A stretch of 64,000 nucleotides of DNA from Octopus sinensis (taxonomy: Eukaryota), in NCBI RefSeq assembly GCF_006345805.1, contig NC_042997.1, positions 116,312,001-116,376,000 on the forward strand. Direction: 5' to 3'. Positions 1-13,217 of the stretch are shown here, piece by piece. Each line of letters starts with the position of its first letter. Within the stretch, counting starts at the first letter, position 1. A program made the translations under genes and the position numbers. The notes below the pieces were generated by a model. The model was not told the DNA's origin, did no database searches, and worked only from the letters and a program-made list of their open reading frames with translations.

Positions 1-127
1 TTGTTTGGAGCTGTAGCACTGTTTGCCATTTATTCATAAAGTGTCCTATGAATTTTATAATTGTTGGTGCTACTTTGTTAATGGCTAGTGTTTCGAGGAT
101 CCATGTGTGGGGATGCTATCAAACGCC

Positions 128-161
<34 letters not shown>

Positions 162-176
162 CATTATCATATTATT

Positions 177-237
<61 letters not shown>

Positions 238-350
238 CATTATTGTTCCGCCGGGGTTGAAATTCCTTTCATCCTTTCGGGGTCGATAAATTAAGTACCA
301 GTGAAACTGGTACTTAATCGACTAGTCCCCGCCACTCAAAATTTCAGGCC

Positions 351-410
<60 letters not shown>
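128..410 (+). repeat. (TAT)n microsatellites around a SINE fragment
   Basis: Seen directly; similar tracts at 590-657 and 866-990. Confidence 0.95.
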
Positions 411-411
<1 letters not shown>

Positions 412-587
412 GATGGCGAGCTTGCAGTGTCGTTAGCACGCTCGACGAAATGCTTAGCGGTGTTTCGTCTGTCGCTACGTTCTGAGTTCAAATTCTACCG
501 AGGTTGACTTTACCTTTCATCCTTTCAGGGTCGATTAAATAAGTACCACTTACGTACTGTAGCCCATATGTGCCTATAGTAGGAAGG

Positions 588-590
<3 letters not shown>
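412..590 (+). mobile_element. Family-A tRNA-derived SINE, short-tail form ending in (ATT)n
   Basis: Head gatggcgagcttgcag, B box gagttcaaatt, conserved central ctttcatcctttc..gtcgattaaataagtacca. Confidence 0.8.
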
Positions 591-631
<41 letters not shown>

Positions 632-904
632 CATCATCATCATCATCATTATCATCATAGACGTCGCGCAGTATCCAATATCGTGAGGTTGTTGATTGAA
701 GATATTGTACCTACTGGGGGTTTGTATTGTTTGTCAAGTCACAACAAGGACCCCTGACAGACAGTACTTTATGCTATATGCATGCAGTTCCAAGTAATGC
801 CTACTTTTGCAATACAAGTAGATTGTAGGGTATTTCTTAGTGTAGAAATACCCTACACTTTAGATGTATTATTATTGTCGTCGTCGTTGTTGTTGTTGTT
901 GTTA

Positions 905-969
<65 letters not shown>

Positions 970-1294
970 ATTATTATCGTTATTATTATAATATTTGTGC
1001 GGTGTACCTTAAGAAATGTAATAAGGTGTGAAAATATAAATATGATAAGAATAGACAAGATAGCTAGCAGTTACACATGACGTTTCCATTGACTTATCTG
1101 TTTCTAAATCGAGTTGGAAACAAATGAGTTCTGACAGACTGCTGAAGAACAAACTCTTCGAATGCTTCATGAGAATTGCATATTAGCTGATGTATTGATT
1201 TTTGGGTGGAAATTGGACATATTTGCATATCTATGTATTCTTTTGGCTTGACGGTATTGTGTGTAATGTATGAACTCATGCGTTCACATAGTCG

Positions 1295-1415
1295 TATATA
1301 TATGCATGCATGCACGCATGTATGTATGAATGTATGTACGTATGTATGTATGTATGTATGTTGTATGTATGTATGTATGTATGTATGTATGTATGTATGT
1401 ATGTATGTATGCATG

Positions 1416-1469
<54 letters not shown>

Positions 1470-1499
1470 ATATATAATTATATATATATATTATATATA

Positions 1500-1562
<63 letters not shown>

Positions 1563-1688
1563 CAGGCATATATACAGAAGCATACATACGTGGATACCTA
1601 TATACAGACAAACACACACATAAACGTGTTTATATGTGTAGTTTTATATTTTTGCGTCTATTTAGTTACTTACCTACCTAGCTATCTG

Positions 1689-1780
<92 letters not shown>

Positions 1781-1830
1781 CACGCGCACACACACACACA
1801 CACATACACACATACACATACTCACATACG
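1295..1830 (+). repeat. Compound (TATG)n/(TA)n/(TATC)n/(CA)n microsatellite
   Basis: Seen directly. Confidence 0.95.
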
Positions 1831-2063
1831 TATTTTAAATTAATGTTTGCTTTTTCTCCTTAGTTATTTTTAAAAATAATTTTACATTAATCTGAAGGTT
1901 CCCTCTACACTTTTGTAAAGTACAAAATTATTATTCTTAAACAAGAATGATTTTGACAATGACTTCGATATTTCGACAAGCTAAATGATCGACGGACTGC
2001 ATGTATATATATATCCGTGTGTGTGTGTGTATGTATCTATATATATATATATATTTATACATA

Positions 2064-2330
2064 GTTGTTGTGTCTGGGAGAGTCATTCTCTTTTAGTGCC
2101 TTATAATTTAACGCACTCACCGGTAAAATTTTTACTTATTTCCTTCTTTATTTTTCTAAAATTTTCGTTGCGTCTTGCAACCGTTTCAAAAACTATTGGA
2201 AACTATTGAAAAGGTTGCACGATGCAACGAAAATTTTTGAAGAATAAAGAAGGAAATAAGTGGAAATTTTACCGGTGAGTGTGTAAATTATAAGGCACTA
2301 AAAGAGAATGACTCTCCTCAGACACAACAG
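2064..2330. mobile_element. Palindromic MITE (about 267 bp) with TA flanks
   Basis: Arms 2064-2180 and 2209-2330 are reverse complements (ttgtgtctgggagagtcattctcttttagtgcc / ggcactaaaagagaatgactctcctcagacacaa). Confidence 0.8.
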
Positions 2331-2976
2331 TATATGCTTCAATACACAAACTCACATAGAGAATCTTGCAAACCAAATCCCAAAACGGAACATATTAATA
2401 TCATAACTTCGTTAAACCGAAAAGTAATTTCGTTAAACTGAAGAGCAAAACTAAAAATAGGACTGCAGCTGGAAGTGTTCAGGTGAGACCGAGGCGAAAG
2501 GAGAAATAAATTGAAAGGTGTAATGAATAAATACTCCAATCGGTCAAAACAACTTTATAACATTCCCAAATTATCAAAACACGAATATGAATATATATAA
2601 TAACAATAGGGATCCCAATGGTAAAACCCAGCAGTATAAAATATACACATATACACGAATAGGAGGTGATAAAATCTAAAAGGATAATGCGAGTGAAGTC
2701 GAATGAAGAAAAATGTATGGAATTAATTAAAACATAATGAAGGGGATCATTTTAAGGCAATGGAGCTAATATAGTATAAATATAAATATATAAAAATACA
2801 AGAGAATAAATATAAAAATAAAGTGCATGGTAACCAGAACAGGGTCCATTCAAGCTCAGCTCTACGATCGTTTCAAAGGATGCTGCTTCACATCGTTAAT
2901 GTACAATCCATTAAGGAAATTCAACGGCATCACCTTTTCATCAGATGAAAACTTACGAAGGCCTCACATTTCTGTT

Positions 2977-3009
<33 letters not shown>

Positions 3010-3011
<2 letters not shown>

Positions 3012-3326
3012 CCTCGCCTGGCCCCCGTGCTGGTAGCACGTAAAAGCACCATCTGCTCGTGTCCGTTGCCAGCCTCGCCTGGCCCCCGTGCCGGTAGCAC
3101 GTAAAAGCACCATCCGTTCGTATCCGTTGCCAGCCTCGCCTGGCCCCCGTGCCGGTGGCACGTAAAAAGCACCCACTACACTCACGGAGTGGTTGGCGTT
3201 AGGAAGGGCATCCAGCCGTAGAAACACTGCCAAATCTGACTGGGCCTGATGAAGCCTTCCGGCTTCACAGACCCCAGTTAAACCGTCCAACCCATGCTAG
3301 CATGGAAAACGGACGCTAAATGATGA

Positions 3327-3330
<4 letters not shown>
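3010..3330 (+). mobile_element. RTE 3'UTR fragment with three tandem 61-62-bp internal repeats
   Basis: agcctcgcctggcccccgtg..cacgtaaaagcacc occurs three times. It ends acggacgctaaatgatgatgat. Confidence 0.8.
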
Positions 3331-3381
<51 letters not shown>

Positions 3382-3418
3382 ATATATATATATGTTGTGT
3401 GTGTGTGTGTGTGTGTGT

Positions 3419-3710
3419 GGGGCGCAATGGCCCAGTGGTTAGGGCAGCGGACTCGCGGTTTCGATTCCCAGACCGGGCGTTGTGAGTGTTTTATTGAGCG
3501 AAAACACCTAAAAGCTCCACGACGCTCCGGCAGGCGTGGTGATCCCTGCTGTACTCTTTCACCACTCTTTCTCCCACTCTTTCTTCTGTTGGCCTGCTCG
3601 CTTAGCCAGCGGGGTGGCGTCATTCGAAGACTAAAACAATGAGAACGCATTGTGACCAGCGATGTGTAACAACATCTGATGGTCTGGTCGGTCACGTGAT
3701 CACATGATAT
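3419..3710 (+). mobile_element. Family-D tRNA-derived SINE
   Basis: ggcgcaatggcccagtggttagggcagcggactcg..tttcgattccc. A homolog lies on the minus strand at about 40700-41130. Confidence 0.78.
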
Positions 3711-3903
3711 GTAATTAATATGTATTATGTATTAATGTATTAAGGCTACCATTGGTTTCATGTACAGAAAAATATCTTAATTTTCTTGACGTGGAACCAA
3801 TGGTAGCTTTAATACACAAATAAAGAAATTTTACCCACCAGTGCAATGTTGAGCACTTATTCTCATTGTGCGACATTTACGTATGTGTGTGTGTGTGTTT
3901 GTG

Positions 3904-3939
<36 letters not shown>

Positions 3940-4029
3940 GCGTGTGTGAGTGTGTGTGTGTAATAAGAATAAAAAGAAAAGCATAACTTCACCGGTAGTT
4001 CGACAAGTTAAACGATTCCTTTTCAACCT

Positions 4030-4064
<35 letters not shown>

Positions 4065-4171
4065 TATACATGCATACACACACACACACAATATATATAG
4101 AACTGCCAGTGAAGTGCTTCTTTTCTTTTTTCAAATATACTTAACTGTACCAAGGACTTCATACATTTTCC

Positions 4172-4248
<77 letters not shown>

Positions 4249-4278
4249 GAGAGAGAGAGAGATGTATACATACATACC

Positions 4279-4336
<58 letters not shown>

Positions 4337-6019
4337 CGTCGTGTGTGTGTAAAATAGTAGAGAGCAGCAGCAGTTAATTCAGTCTCTGCCATACTCTTCA
4401 ACCAAGTCCAAATATGGTTGTTTGTATTTCTGTAATTGTATTGCTAACACCTTAAACCATCAATAACTTACCGAACTGTTTTTTTCTTTTAATTACAAAC
4501 GATAGAATACTATTTAACTAATTTGTAATTAGTTTGTAGTAATGAACGTAATTAAAACGTAATAGACTCCCTGCAGGGTATGGCACACAATATATTGGCT
4601 GAGTGGTTAAAACGTTGAATAAAATGACCCAAGATATTTATTCCCGTTTACTGTGTTCTGAGTTCAAATCCCGCGTAGGTCAATTATTCCTTTTTATTCT
4701 GCAGGGTCTATTAAAAACGTACCGATCAAAGGTAATGCATTCGTGGAAGTCTAAGAACGTATGACACGTTGCCTGGTGGTGTCCTGAGTTCAAATTCCAC
4801 TGCAGCCTACTGAAATTTTCACTCGGTTTAACACCATCCCCTGGACACTTTTTCTTTGAGGGGGTGGGGGGTGACCTTAGTGATGTCCATCTCTACTTTG
4901 TTGCAACGATTTGGGCCAGGTCACTGATTAGAGGCTACTTTCGCTCCTCCCTCCCACCAGTCTCAGAAACCTGTAATGGTTTCCCTCCTGACTCAAAAGA
5001 TAAAATCGGAATAGCTTTGTGGTAAAAACCCTGGTATAAGCCTTAAAGTTGATTCAAAGAATTCGCGCCGATCATGCTTTAGTGAACCAATAGAGACATT
5101 TTACATGGTCACTCAATTCGCTGAATATAGCAGCCAAATCGACCTTAAATGATACCTTCGCGTAATGGTTCTCAATCTTTTTTTTATATCTGTGAGAGAT
5201 TTAAAACTTGGATTTTTTAGGCTGCCGCACCAGAATTGTAAAGCACAAGTCAATTAAGAAAATTTTATTATATTTATCATATTTATAGAGGGAATACTGC
5301 CGAGATCTTCCAAGAGCCGATGAGAGCTGCTGAAAGGATGCTTAAGGTCCAAAGCGGTTCTGGGAGACTCAGCTGAGAACCGCTACCTTGGCCTCTTGAT
5401 GAAATAAGGAAGGGTACAAGGGAAAATCTAGTGAAAGATATATAAAATAGTGGCATGGTCGTGACTAGTGCATATTTGATGAAAGGGTCTGCTTATTCAA
5501 GACTGATCTGGTGTTGGGGGAACGACACCAACAGAATTTAAATCCATGTCATTATCGTTGTAGGACTGACGGTTACACGGTATTCATGAACTGGCAGAAA
5601 CGTTAGCACGCCAGGCGAAATGCGTAGCCGTATTTCGTCTGCCGCACATGTGTTCGTGAAGTAAGAATTGCTGTTTCGTGGTGTTAATATTGTTAACAAC
5701 TGTTGTTTCTTGTTAAACTGTTGAATAACTTAACTGTTGGAGTTTTCAATTGAAAACACTTAGTGCTTGTGGTAGCACGCGTTGTTCATTCCCCCTTTGG
5801 GGGGAAGAATGTCGTCTAGCATGGAGCCTACCGTTGGAGCAGAAATACTTGTTTCTCCTGTTGAGAGGAGGAAATACATGTCCGGCGAGGAGCCAACTAC
5901 AGACAAGAAATAGGGGTTTCCCCCGCTACAAGAAGGAATAGCAGAGAGGATAATATATTTGATATTTTTGGAGATGTGTCTGAGAGCTCGTCAGAACTTT
6001 CACCAGAAGAGTTCCGACT

Positions 6020-7339
6020 TTGCCAGAGAACAAAGGCATTGTGTCGAAGAGAATAATTGATGTGCCTAGCATCCAGATAGAACCAAAAAATGGAAAAAAA
6101 AGTTTTGCGTTGGCTGCTGGGGGTGGAACCCAGATACTGTCGACGAATAAAAGCGAAATTATGAAATACAGCAAAATGATGGAAATAAATGACAACAGTG
6201 TGAAAATTGAACCTTCGCAAAAGTTATTACAGGAAGAAAAGAAAAACAAACAATAATTTTCAAAACATATTGTCTACAAAATAGAAAAATTGAAAGAATG
6301 TCAGAAGAGAAAATAGAAAAGTGCTTAAAGCCAATATTGGGCGACGTAGTATTTCTGAGAAGAGGAAAAAAATTCGGAACGGTGGAAGTAAGGTTCACCA
6401 ATAAAGAAATAGCACACAAGAACTCAGTGGAAACGTTGAAAACGAACGACGTGGAGTTAATACCCTATTATATGGGGATGAGGACGTCGCGAATAAAAAT
6501 TACAAGGGTCCCGCCAGAGGTCGAACCTATGTGGTTGTTGGCGGCAGTCCTAATCAAAGAGGTAGAAAAAATTACTCTCCTCCAGGCTACCGCTACGGAA
6601 AACCCACGCTGGGATGGTAAAACAATTAATCTTCTCATTCAAGCGGACCCTAAAATAATTCAAACAATTCCTGAGACAATTGAGGTAGGGGAGGAGAACC
6701 TCGTGGTGTGTTTGTTGAGGGCCGAAAACCTCGATGTTTTTTATGTGGTCAATTAGGCTACATTCGAAGGAACTGCAAGGAAAATGAAGAAGAGAGGAAG
6801 AGGAGAAAAAAGACAAAGAGGAAGAAGATAAAGAAGAAACAGATGAGAAAAAAACAACAAACAAAAGAAAAATACAACCAGCAACCCAGCCGAGAGCGGC
6901 GACTACTACAGAACAACGACCAAAAAAGACTGCCAGAAGAGAAAAAGAAGAAAAAGGCATAATAGCCGTATACACTAAATATACTGAGCTCATGAGAGAC
7001 ATTCAACTCATAAAGACTGTAAAAAAAATTGATAACCTTTCAGAGGAATTTATCAATTACGACATATATGAAGTCTCAAATAAGACTTATAGAATTCTAC
7101 AAAATAAGTACAGAAAGACTGTATCTTCATTGAGATTAGATTTTAACAAGTCGATATTTCATGGATTACCAGCTCCGATCCCGCGAGAAAAGGAAAAGGT
7201 GGAGATTCCCCCTCCACCTGATAATTCTGTGTCGGTGGTGAGACGGGATTTTGACAAATCTATTTCCCAAGACCGTCCACCTCCGACCCTGGATAAAAAA
7301 AAAGTGGAGGGTCCCCCTCCACCGGACAATCCTAATTAA
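6020..7339 (+). pseudogene. LINE ORF1 (RRM-like region, zinc knuckle, basic/Pro-rich tail), frameshifted
   Basis: Consecutive ORF-track pieces 6020-6256, 6298-6756, 6708-6962 and 6992-7339 lie in shifting frames. The knuckle reads CFLCGQLGYIRRNC (CX2CX4[H>Y]X4C). The true start codon is uncertain. Confidence 0.75.
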
Positions 7340-7347
7340 ACAGGTAA

Positions 7348-10300
7348 GTGATGGCTATTCACATTGGTTGTTTAAATGTTCATGGCCTGTTGTCAAGCTG
7401 GAAGCAAGGACGCTTTCTGAATGACATCAGGTCGAGAAATTTGGATGTATTGTTTGCAACGGAAACCCGGGTGAAGGGGCCAAGAGATCTGCTCCCCCTC
7501 CTGAACGGCTACGAGAAATACGTTTCTCCGAGTCGGGCGGGAGGTGGGGGTGGTGTTGGTCCTACTAAAAAGAAACCGGGTAGCCGAGAAAAAGTTGGTT
7601 TTTTTGACCCAGAAGGCAGGCTGGTCGTTCTCGACTTGACATTCAGTTGTGGCAAGACAATCAGGCTGGTCGCTATTTATGCACCAAACATTATTGGCCC
7701 GCAAACTGAATATTTTCGTGGCCTAGGAAAGTTCCTAGCCACGTCGCATTCACTAGTAGTGTTAGGAGACTCTAATACAATATGTGCAGCACACACAGAT
7801 TGTGTTGGCTCAAACTCGAACATGAACAGAAAATGTAACACAGGCTTTCGGGATCTGCTAAGTCAATTTCAGCTAGCAGATCCATATAGGTTGGAGCACC
7901 CGAACACTCCACAGTGGACGTGGTCAAATAGTGACGGGTCTACCAGAACATATCTAGATAGGATTTTAATTAGAGAAAAAGATAAGTCCATAGTTGAGTG
8001 TCCACAGTTTTTTCTAGTCAGCTACAGTGACCACAAGATGGTTACCTGTAAACTGACGGTAGATAAGTTGCATAGACAGGGATCTGGCTACTGGAAACTC
8101 AATACGTCCCTTTTGGCGATTGAGGAGTACAGAAAGCGGATCAAGATGTTAATACAGAGGGCATTAACAGGTACCATCATTAATAACAAATGGTGGTACG
8201 CCCTAAAAAGAGCCATCAAATATGAGTCTATTAGGTTTAGCATAAGTTTAGCTAAGAAGGGACGTAAAATAGGAGATGGTCTAGTTAAGGAACTAGAAGA
8301 AGCCTGGAGGACTGGTAATACAGACCAAGCGAGGGTGAAAAGACTGGAGTTAAACCAGCATCTTGAAGCCCACCACATGGGAAGTATTACCAGAGCTAAG
8401 TTACGTGCAATGGGAAGTGAAGGAATCAAAGCCGCTGGATGGGCCCGAGTGGTGGAAGCTCGGCAAGGAAATAGTTCCTCTATTCGGTCTTTGACGAATC
8501 AAAATGGTGTCTTGATAAACGAACCCGAGAAAATGTGTGAGGTCTTTCGGGAGTACTTCGCCCAGCTGTTCGGGGGTGACGGCGGTCCTGGTGGTGGGAG
8601 AGCCCTCGAGGACTTTCTTACTGGGCTGCCGTGCCTCTCGGGGTCGGATGCGGAGTCTTGCGAAGGGCCAATCACACTTGAGGAGGTGATGGAGGCTTTG
8701 GCCGATTGTAAAGCGGGTAAGTCACCGGGACTTGATGGTCTTCCGTACGAGCTGTATAAATGTATGCCAGACTTGTTCGGGCAACTACTGACTGACGTGT
8801 ACGCGAACTGGAAACAGATCTGTGCGCCGGGGAGTAGTGACGTTGGTCAGAAAGGACCCGGACAAGGGGGACGTTCTAGAGAATTTCAGGCCCATCACTC
8901 TGTTAAACGCAGAAGTGAAGATTTTGGCCAAGGTTCTAGCAAAAAGGTTGGCGCGTGTCGCGAATGGTATAGTCGGGGAGGCACAGACATGTGCCATCCC
9001 AGGCAGAACCATTCAGGATACCCTCCATCTTATTCGCTATACCATAGAGAGGTTTGGTAATAAATCTGGCAAAGGTGGGGCATTGGTGCATTTGGACCAG
9101 TCTAAAGCTTTTGATAGGGTTGACCATCGATACCTAGCGACTGTACTTGCGCGGTTTGGCCTGGGCCTTGGCTTCCTCAGGTGGTTTATCGCTTTGTACC
9201 ACAACATTGACTCGATAGTTCGGGTGAACGGTTTCCTTTCGAAGCCGTTCTGCATCAGACGCTCGGTTCGTCAAGGATGTCCGCTTTCACCACTTTTGTA
9301 TGTGATGGCTCTCGAGCCATTACTGCAAAGGTTGAGTGGCATCCCGAGAGAACCAGGACTAGAGGAGTTTGTTACGGCTTTCGCGGATGATATCACTATC
9401 AGTGTAACCACAGTGGTACGCCTACTATTGAGGCTTACGAGGAGGTAGCAGGAGCAAAGATTAACCGGGAAAAGTCGGTCGGCTTGCAGCTCGGCACCTG
9501 GGTTGGCAAGTCGATGCCTTCAGACAGTGTTGTTAGGCGCTGGACGGAGGGACCGGTTAAGTTGCTGGGAGTCTGGTTTGGACCAGGCCTCCAGATAGAG
9601 AAGAACTGGACGGAGGTATTGAGCAGGGTGGCTGCAGTAGTCAAGACTTGGTCTTGGCGGTGGCTATCCCTGAAAGGAGGGCGGAAGTGGCCAATGTGTT
9701 TATCGCATCGGTCATTACCTACCGCCTGACTGTCGTGCCCTGTCCGGATTCGTGGTTGATCAGGTTGGAGAGACAGCTCTTTCGCTTTTTGTGGAAGGGC
9801 AGGTCGCCACTTGTGAAACGCTCTGTCTGCTGTCAAAAGCCTTTAAATGGAGGTTTAGGGATGCCTTGGTTAATGATGCGCAGACATGCGTTGAGGTTGA
9901 GGCACCTCTGGATTCTCCTGGATAGTGAACGGGTGTGGTCTCCGCTGGCCAGACAAATGTTCCCTGAGTTCAAGAGTTTTTGCGAACAGGAAGCCTGGTG
10001 TTCTCGTAGACCGAGGTCGAGTGAGTGGCATAAAGAGTGCCGTAAGGCCCTCTTGCTGTTCCGGCGCTCGGGCAACGCCAGCGGTGGGGGTTCCACACGG
10101 ATTTTATATAGTGGGTTGGTAGAGTCTGAATGCGACGATGGCCTGGGGTCGACTCTAGGTCTCGGATTTATTCAACTGGACAGCTTGTTTCATCGTACAT
10201 TCGGGTTGAGAACGTTGGACAACTTCCAAAAGTCCTTAACCTGGCAATGCTACAGAGGTGCCTTGCCCGTTTGGGATAAGCTCGCAAGACATGGTAAACG

Positions 10301-10714
10301 TCAGTCGCCGACCTGTCCAAGATGCGGTGGGGACAGGGAAACCGTCCCTCACGCTATTGTTCAGTGTCCGGAGATAACTGAAATGTGGGCTTATGCTGAA
10401 CATCTGTTGTCCGGCGAAGGAAGAGTACGGCTGTCGACTGAGTCAATTATAAAAATTGACCCACCGGGAGTTCTAACGAACGAAGGTAAGAATTGTTTTC
10501 TCACGGTTGTAGCAATAGCAAAAGAGGCTGTATGGAATACTAGGATAAAAGGAATTAAGACAGGCAACTTTATCTCTGGTGACAATTTACGATCCTTTTT
10601 TCTTTTCATTTGAAAAGGAAACTGTGGCTGGAGAAGAGGTGTCTGTCAGAGTGTACGTTCCAAAAGAGATGGAAGTATGTTGCACGAGTGTTGTGCGTGC
10701 AAGGAACCGTGTGA
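7348..10714 (+). pseudogene. LINE ORF2: APE endonuclease + reverse transcriptase + C-terminal CCHC, about 4 frameshifts
   Basis: Endonuclease motifs CLNVHG, ATET, LGDSN, YLDRIL, SDHKMV. RT motifs FRPITLLNAEVKILAK, LDQSKAFDRVDH, RQGCPLSPLLY, FADD. Zinc motif CPRCGGDRETVPHAIVQC. Frame breaks near 8815, 9410, 9680 and 10605. The last frame reads FHLKRKLWLEKRCL...GTV* and ends at 10714. Confidence 0.92.
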
Positions 10715-11342
10715 ATAGACGAGGAAAAAAAAAAAAGGAAAAATAAAAAGGTATCAGCGGTAGATCGGGGCTTGTGGGATCGGAGCGTAACTTGATCATC
10801 GCTTCATTTGTATTGTTTTTGTACTGTGTATTCCATTCGATTTTTATGTATTGTATTTTACTTTTGATGTCACATTTATGTAAAATCATATCGATTCACT
10901 GATCCCATCAGTTGTACTGTCCATATCTATGTTTGGCCCCCGGTGGGCAATAAAGAAATTCGTATTTCGTCTGCCGTTACGTTCTGAGTTCGAATTCCGC
11001 TGAGGTCGACTTTGCCTTTCATCCTTTCGGGTTCGATGAAATAAGTACCAGTTACGCACTGGGGTCGATATAATCGACTTAATCCGTTTGTCTGACCTTG
11101 TTTGTCCCCTCTGTGTTTAGCCCCTTGTGGGTAGTAAAGAAATAGGTATTTCGTCTGCCGCAACGTTCTGAGTTCAAATTCCACCGAGGTCGACTATGCC
11201 TTTCATCCTTTAGGGGTCGATTAAATAAGTACCAGTTACGCACTGGGGTCGATATAATCGACTTAATCCGTTTGTCTATCCTTGTTTGTCCTCTCTGTGT
11301 TTAGCCCCTTGTGAGTAGTAAAGAAACAGGTATTCATGAACT

Positions 11343-11790
11343 GTAGAATGTGTATTTGTTTTTGTTTTCTATTTGCTGGGTTTGCAGGAAGGGCCTTCGT
11401 AGGCTTTTCTCGAGCAATGCAATTAATGTTTCTGGAACATTGGAACCATTGTTTTTAACACCTGCGGAAAAGACATGAGCAAGAAGAGAATTCCAGCGGG
11501 ACTACACTGTGGAGAGGAAGGACTGTGTGTAATAGTCAGCGTAGGACCGAGATGAAGGTGGTGGGCATAAAGAAAGTGATGAGAGGAAGAAAGACGAGTA
11601 GGGCAGGCTTGTTTGAGTGGAGGTGGCGTGAAATCATCCAGATTTGAGGAACAGAGGCCATTATAGTAGTGGTAGAAAAGCCTCAGAGAGGAGAAAGAGA
11701 GTCAGAAGCTGGGGTATATTTGTGAGTGATTTATGCCAAATCAGTCGATGGCCCTTTTCCTGTAAACGGTCTTAGACGTCTGGATATGCA
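11343..11790 (-). mobile_element. Old CR1/Jockey-group LINE 3' fragment (RT C-terminal region)
   Basis: The minus strand translates SLRLFYHYYNGLCSSNLDDFTPPPLKQACPTRLS, resembling the recalled CR1-group C-terminal motif LFYRYYNGxCSSEL. Confidence 0.6.
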
Positions 11791-12513
11791 GCAACTGTGT
11801 CATCATCCCAAATACGAGGGAGGGCAGTAGCACCCCACCCAGTGTAGACTTCCTCAGTGTCTATTGAATATCAGCGCTTGTTGGGTGGCAATGGGGTATC
11901 ATGGGGTAAAATATTTCAACAAAGGGGAAATTTTTTAAAGGCATTCAAGAGTCAAATATCGTTTTTAGTGTTGTTTTATTTAGTTCCAGGTCAAACACGT
12001 TGAAACAGACATATAATCGAAGGCGTTCCAACCACGATCATCCTGTCAATTTTTCAGGCAGTGGATTACGTTATCCTTACGTGTCCTTTCTTTCTTTAAG
12101 ACAGTAAGGTTTAACTAGTAGGATATTTGGCTGCTATTTCTAATAAGTCTGATGACCATTAACGTTTGCTCTCGTTCGCTCTCGAGGTGTTAGTGGTGAT
12201 TGTTGTTGTTGTTGTTGTGGTGGTGGTGGTGGTGGTGGGGGTGGGGTGGGGGTGATAATGTTGGTCGTTTTATACCAGTGACATGTTTGGCTTATTATTT
12301 TTTCCTTTTTCTTATCTCACCGTATTTGAACCACTCAACTACTGGTTACAGTATTGAACCTCTCGTGTACTGGTTATAGTACTGAACTTCGGTGAAATCT
12401 TGAATGCCGTTTCAGTAGTAGGCAACGGTGTGATGGCGAAATAGTTGTAGGTTCGAATCAGAGGGACAACGATTGTAAAAAAAAACTAATCACCTTACTC
12501 CGCTTCATGCGAT

Positions 12514-12772
12514 TGATGATGATGACGACGACGACGACGACGATGATGATGATGACGATGACGATGACGATGATGATGATGATGACGATGATGATGATGA
12601 TGACGATGATGATGATGACGACGACGATGATGATGATGACGATGACGATGAAGATGATGACAATGACAATGATGATGATGATGATGATGATGACGATGAT
12701 GATGACGATGAAGATGATGACAATGACGATGATGATGATGACGATGACGATGAAGATGATGACAATGACGAC

Positions 12773-12817
<45 letters not shown>

Positions 12818-13072
12818 GACGACGATGATGACGATGACGATGATGATGACGATGACGATGATGACGATGAAGATGATGATGACGATGACGATGACGATGA
12901 TGATGATGATGATGATGACGGTGATGATGATGACGACGACGACGATGATGATGACGATGACGATGATGATGACGATGACGACGACGACGACGATGATGAT
13001 GATGATGACGACGATGATGACGACGATGACGATGATGACGATGACAATGACGATGACGATGATGATGATGAC

Positions 13073-13114
<42 letters not shown>

Positions 13115-13217
13115 GATGAGGATGATGACGATGACGATGACGACGATGATGATGATGATGCGATGATGATGATGACGACGACGACGATGATGATGATGAC
13201 GATGACGATGATGATGA
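12514..13217 (+). repeat. About 700-bp mixed (GAT/GAC)n trinucleotide array
   Basis: Seen directly in the sequence. Confidence 0.97.

Larger units (their letters stand above)
5645..10960 (+). mobile_element. Full-length, decayed Tx1-clade (L1 group) non-LTR retrotransposon: 5'UTR, ORF1, ORF2, 3'UTR
   Basis: ORF1-like and ORF2-like (APE-RT-CCHC) reading frames lie in tandem. The element is flanked by a perfect 16-bp direct repeat, cgtatttcgtctgccg (5629-5644 and 10961-10976). The 3' end is ...gtgggcaataaagaaatt. The Tx1 assignment rests on recalled motif style. Confidence 0.9.
5579..11342 (+). mobile_element. Family-A SINE split by the LINE: head 5593-5644, then two body+tail units at 10961-11328, with outer 14-bp TSD ggtattcatgaact
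   Basis: The SINE head (..ggcagaaacgttagcacgcc..) stops at 5644 and resumes at 10961. ggtattcatgaact occurs at 5579-5592 and 11329-11342. Confidence 0.88.

Noticed and set aside
412-500. SINE heads as functional tRNA genes
   Set aside because: A and B boxes are present but there is no cloverleaf, and they run directly into SINE bodies.
48-1838. ORFs rich in Y/I/L/N or YVCM/HTYI
   Set aside because: These are translations of (TAT)n, (TATG)n and (TA)n microsatellites; the same applies to most ORF-track entries in the window.
9376-9390. FADD instead of YADD in the RT, and H>Y in the ORF1 knuckle, as signs of novel chemistry
   Set aside because: (Y/F)ADD are both normal in non-LTR RTs, and the knuckle change is most simply decay in a frameshifted copy.
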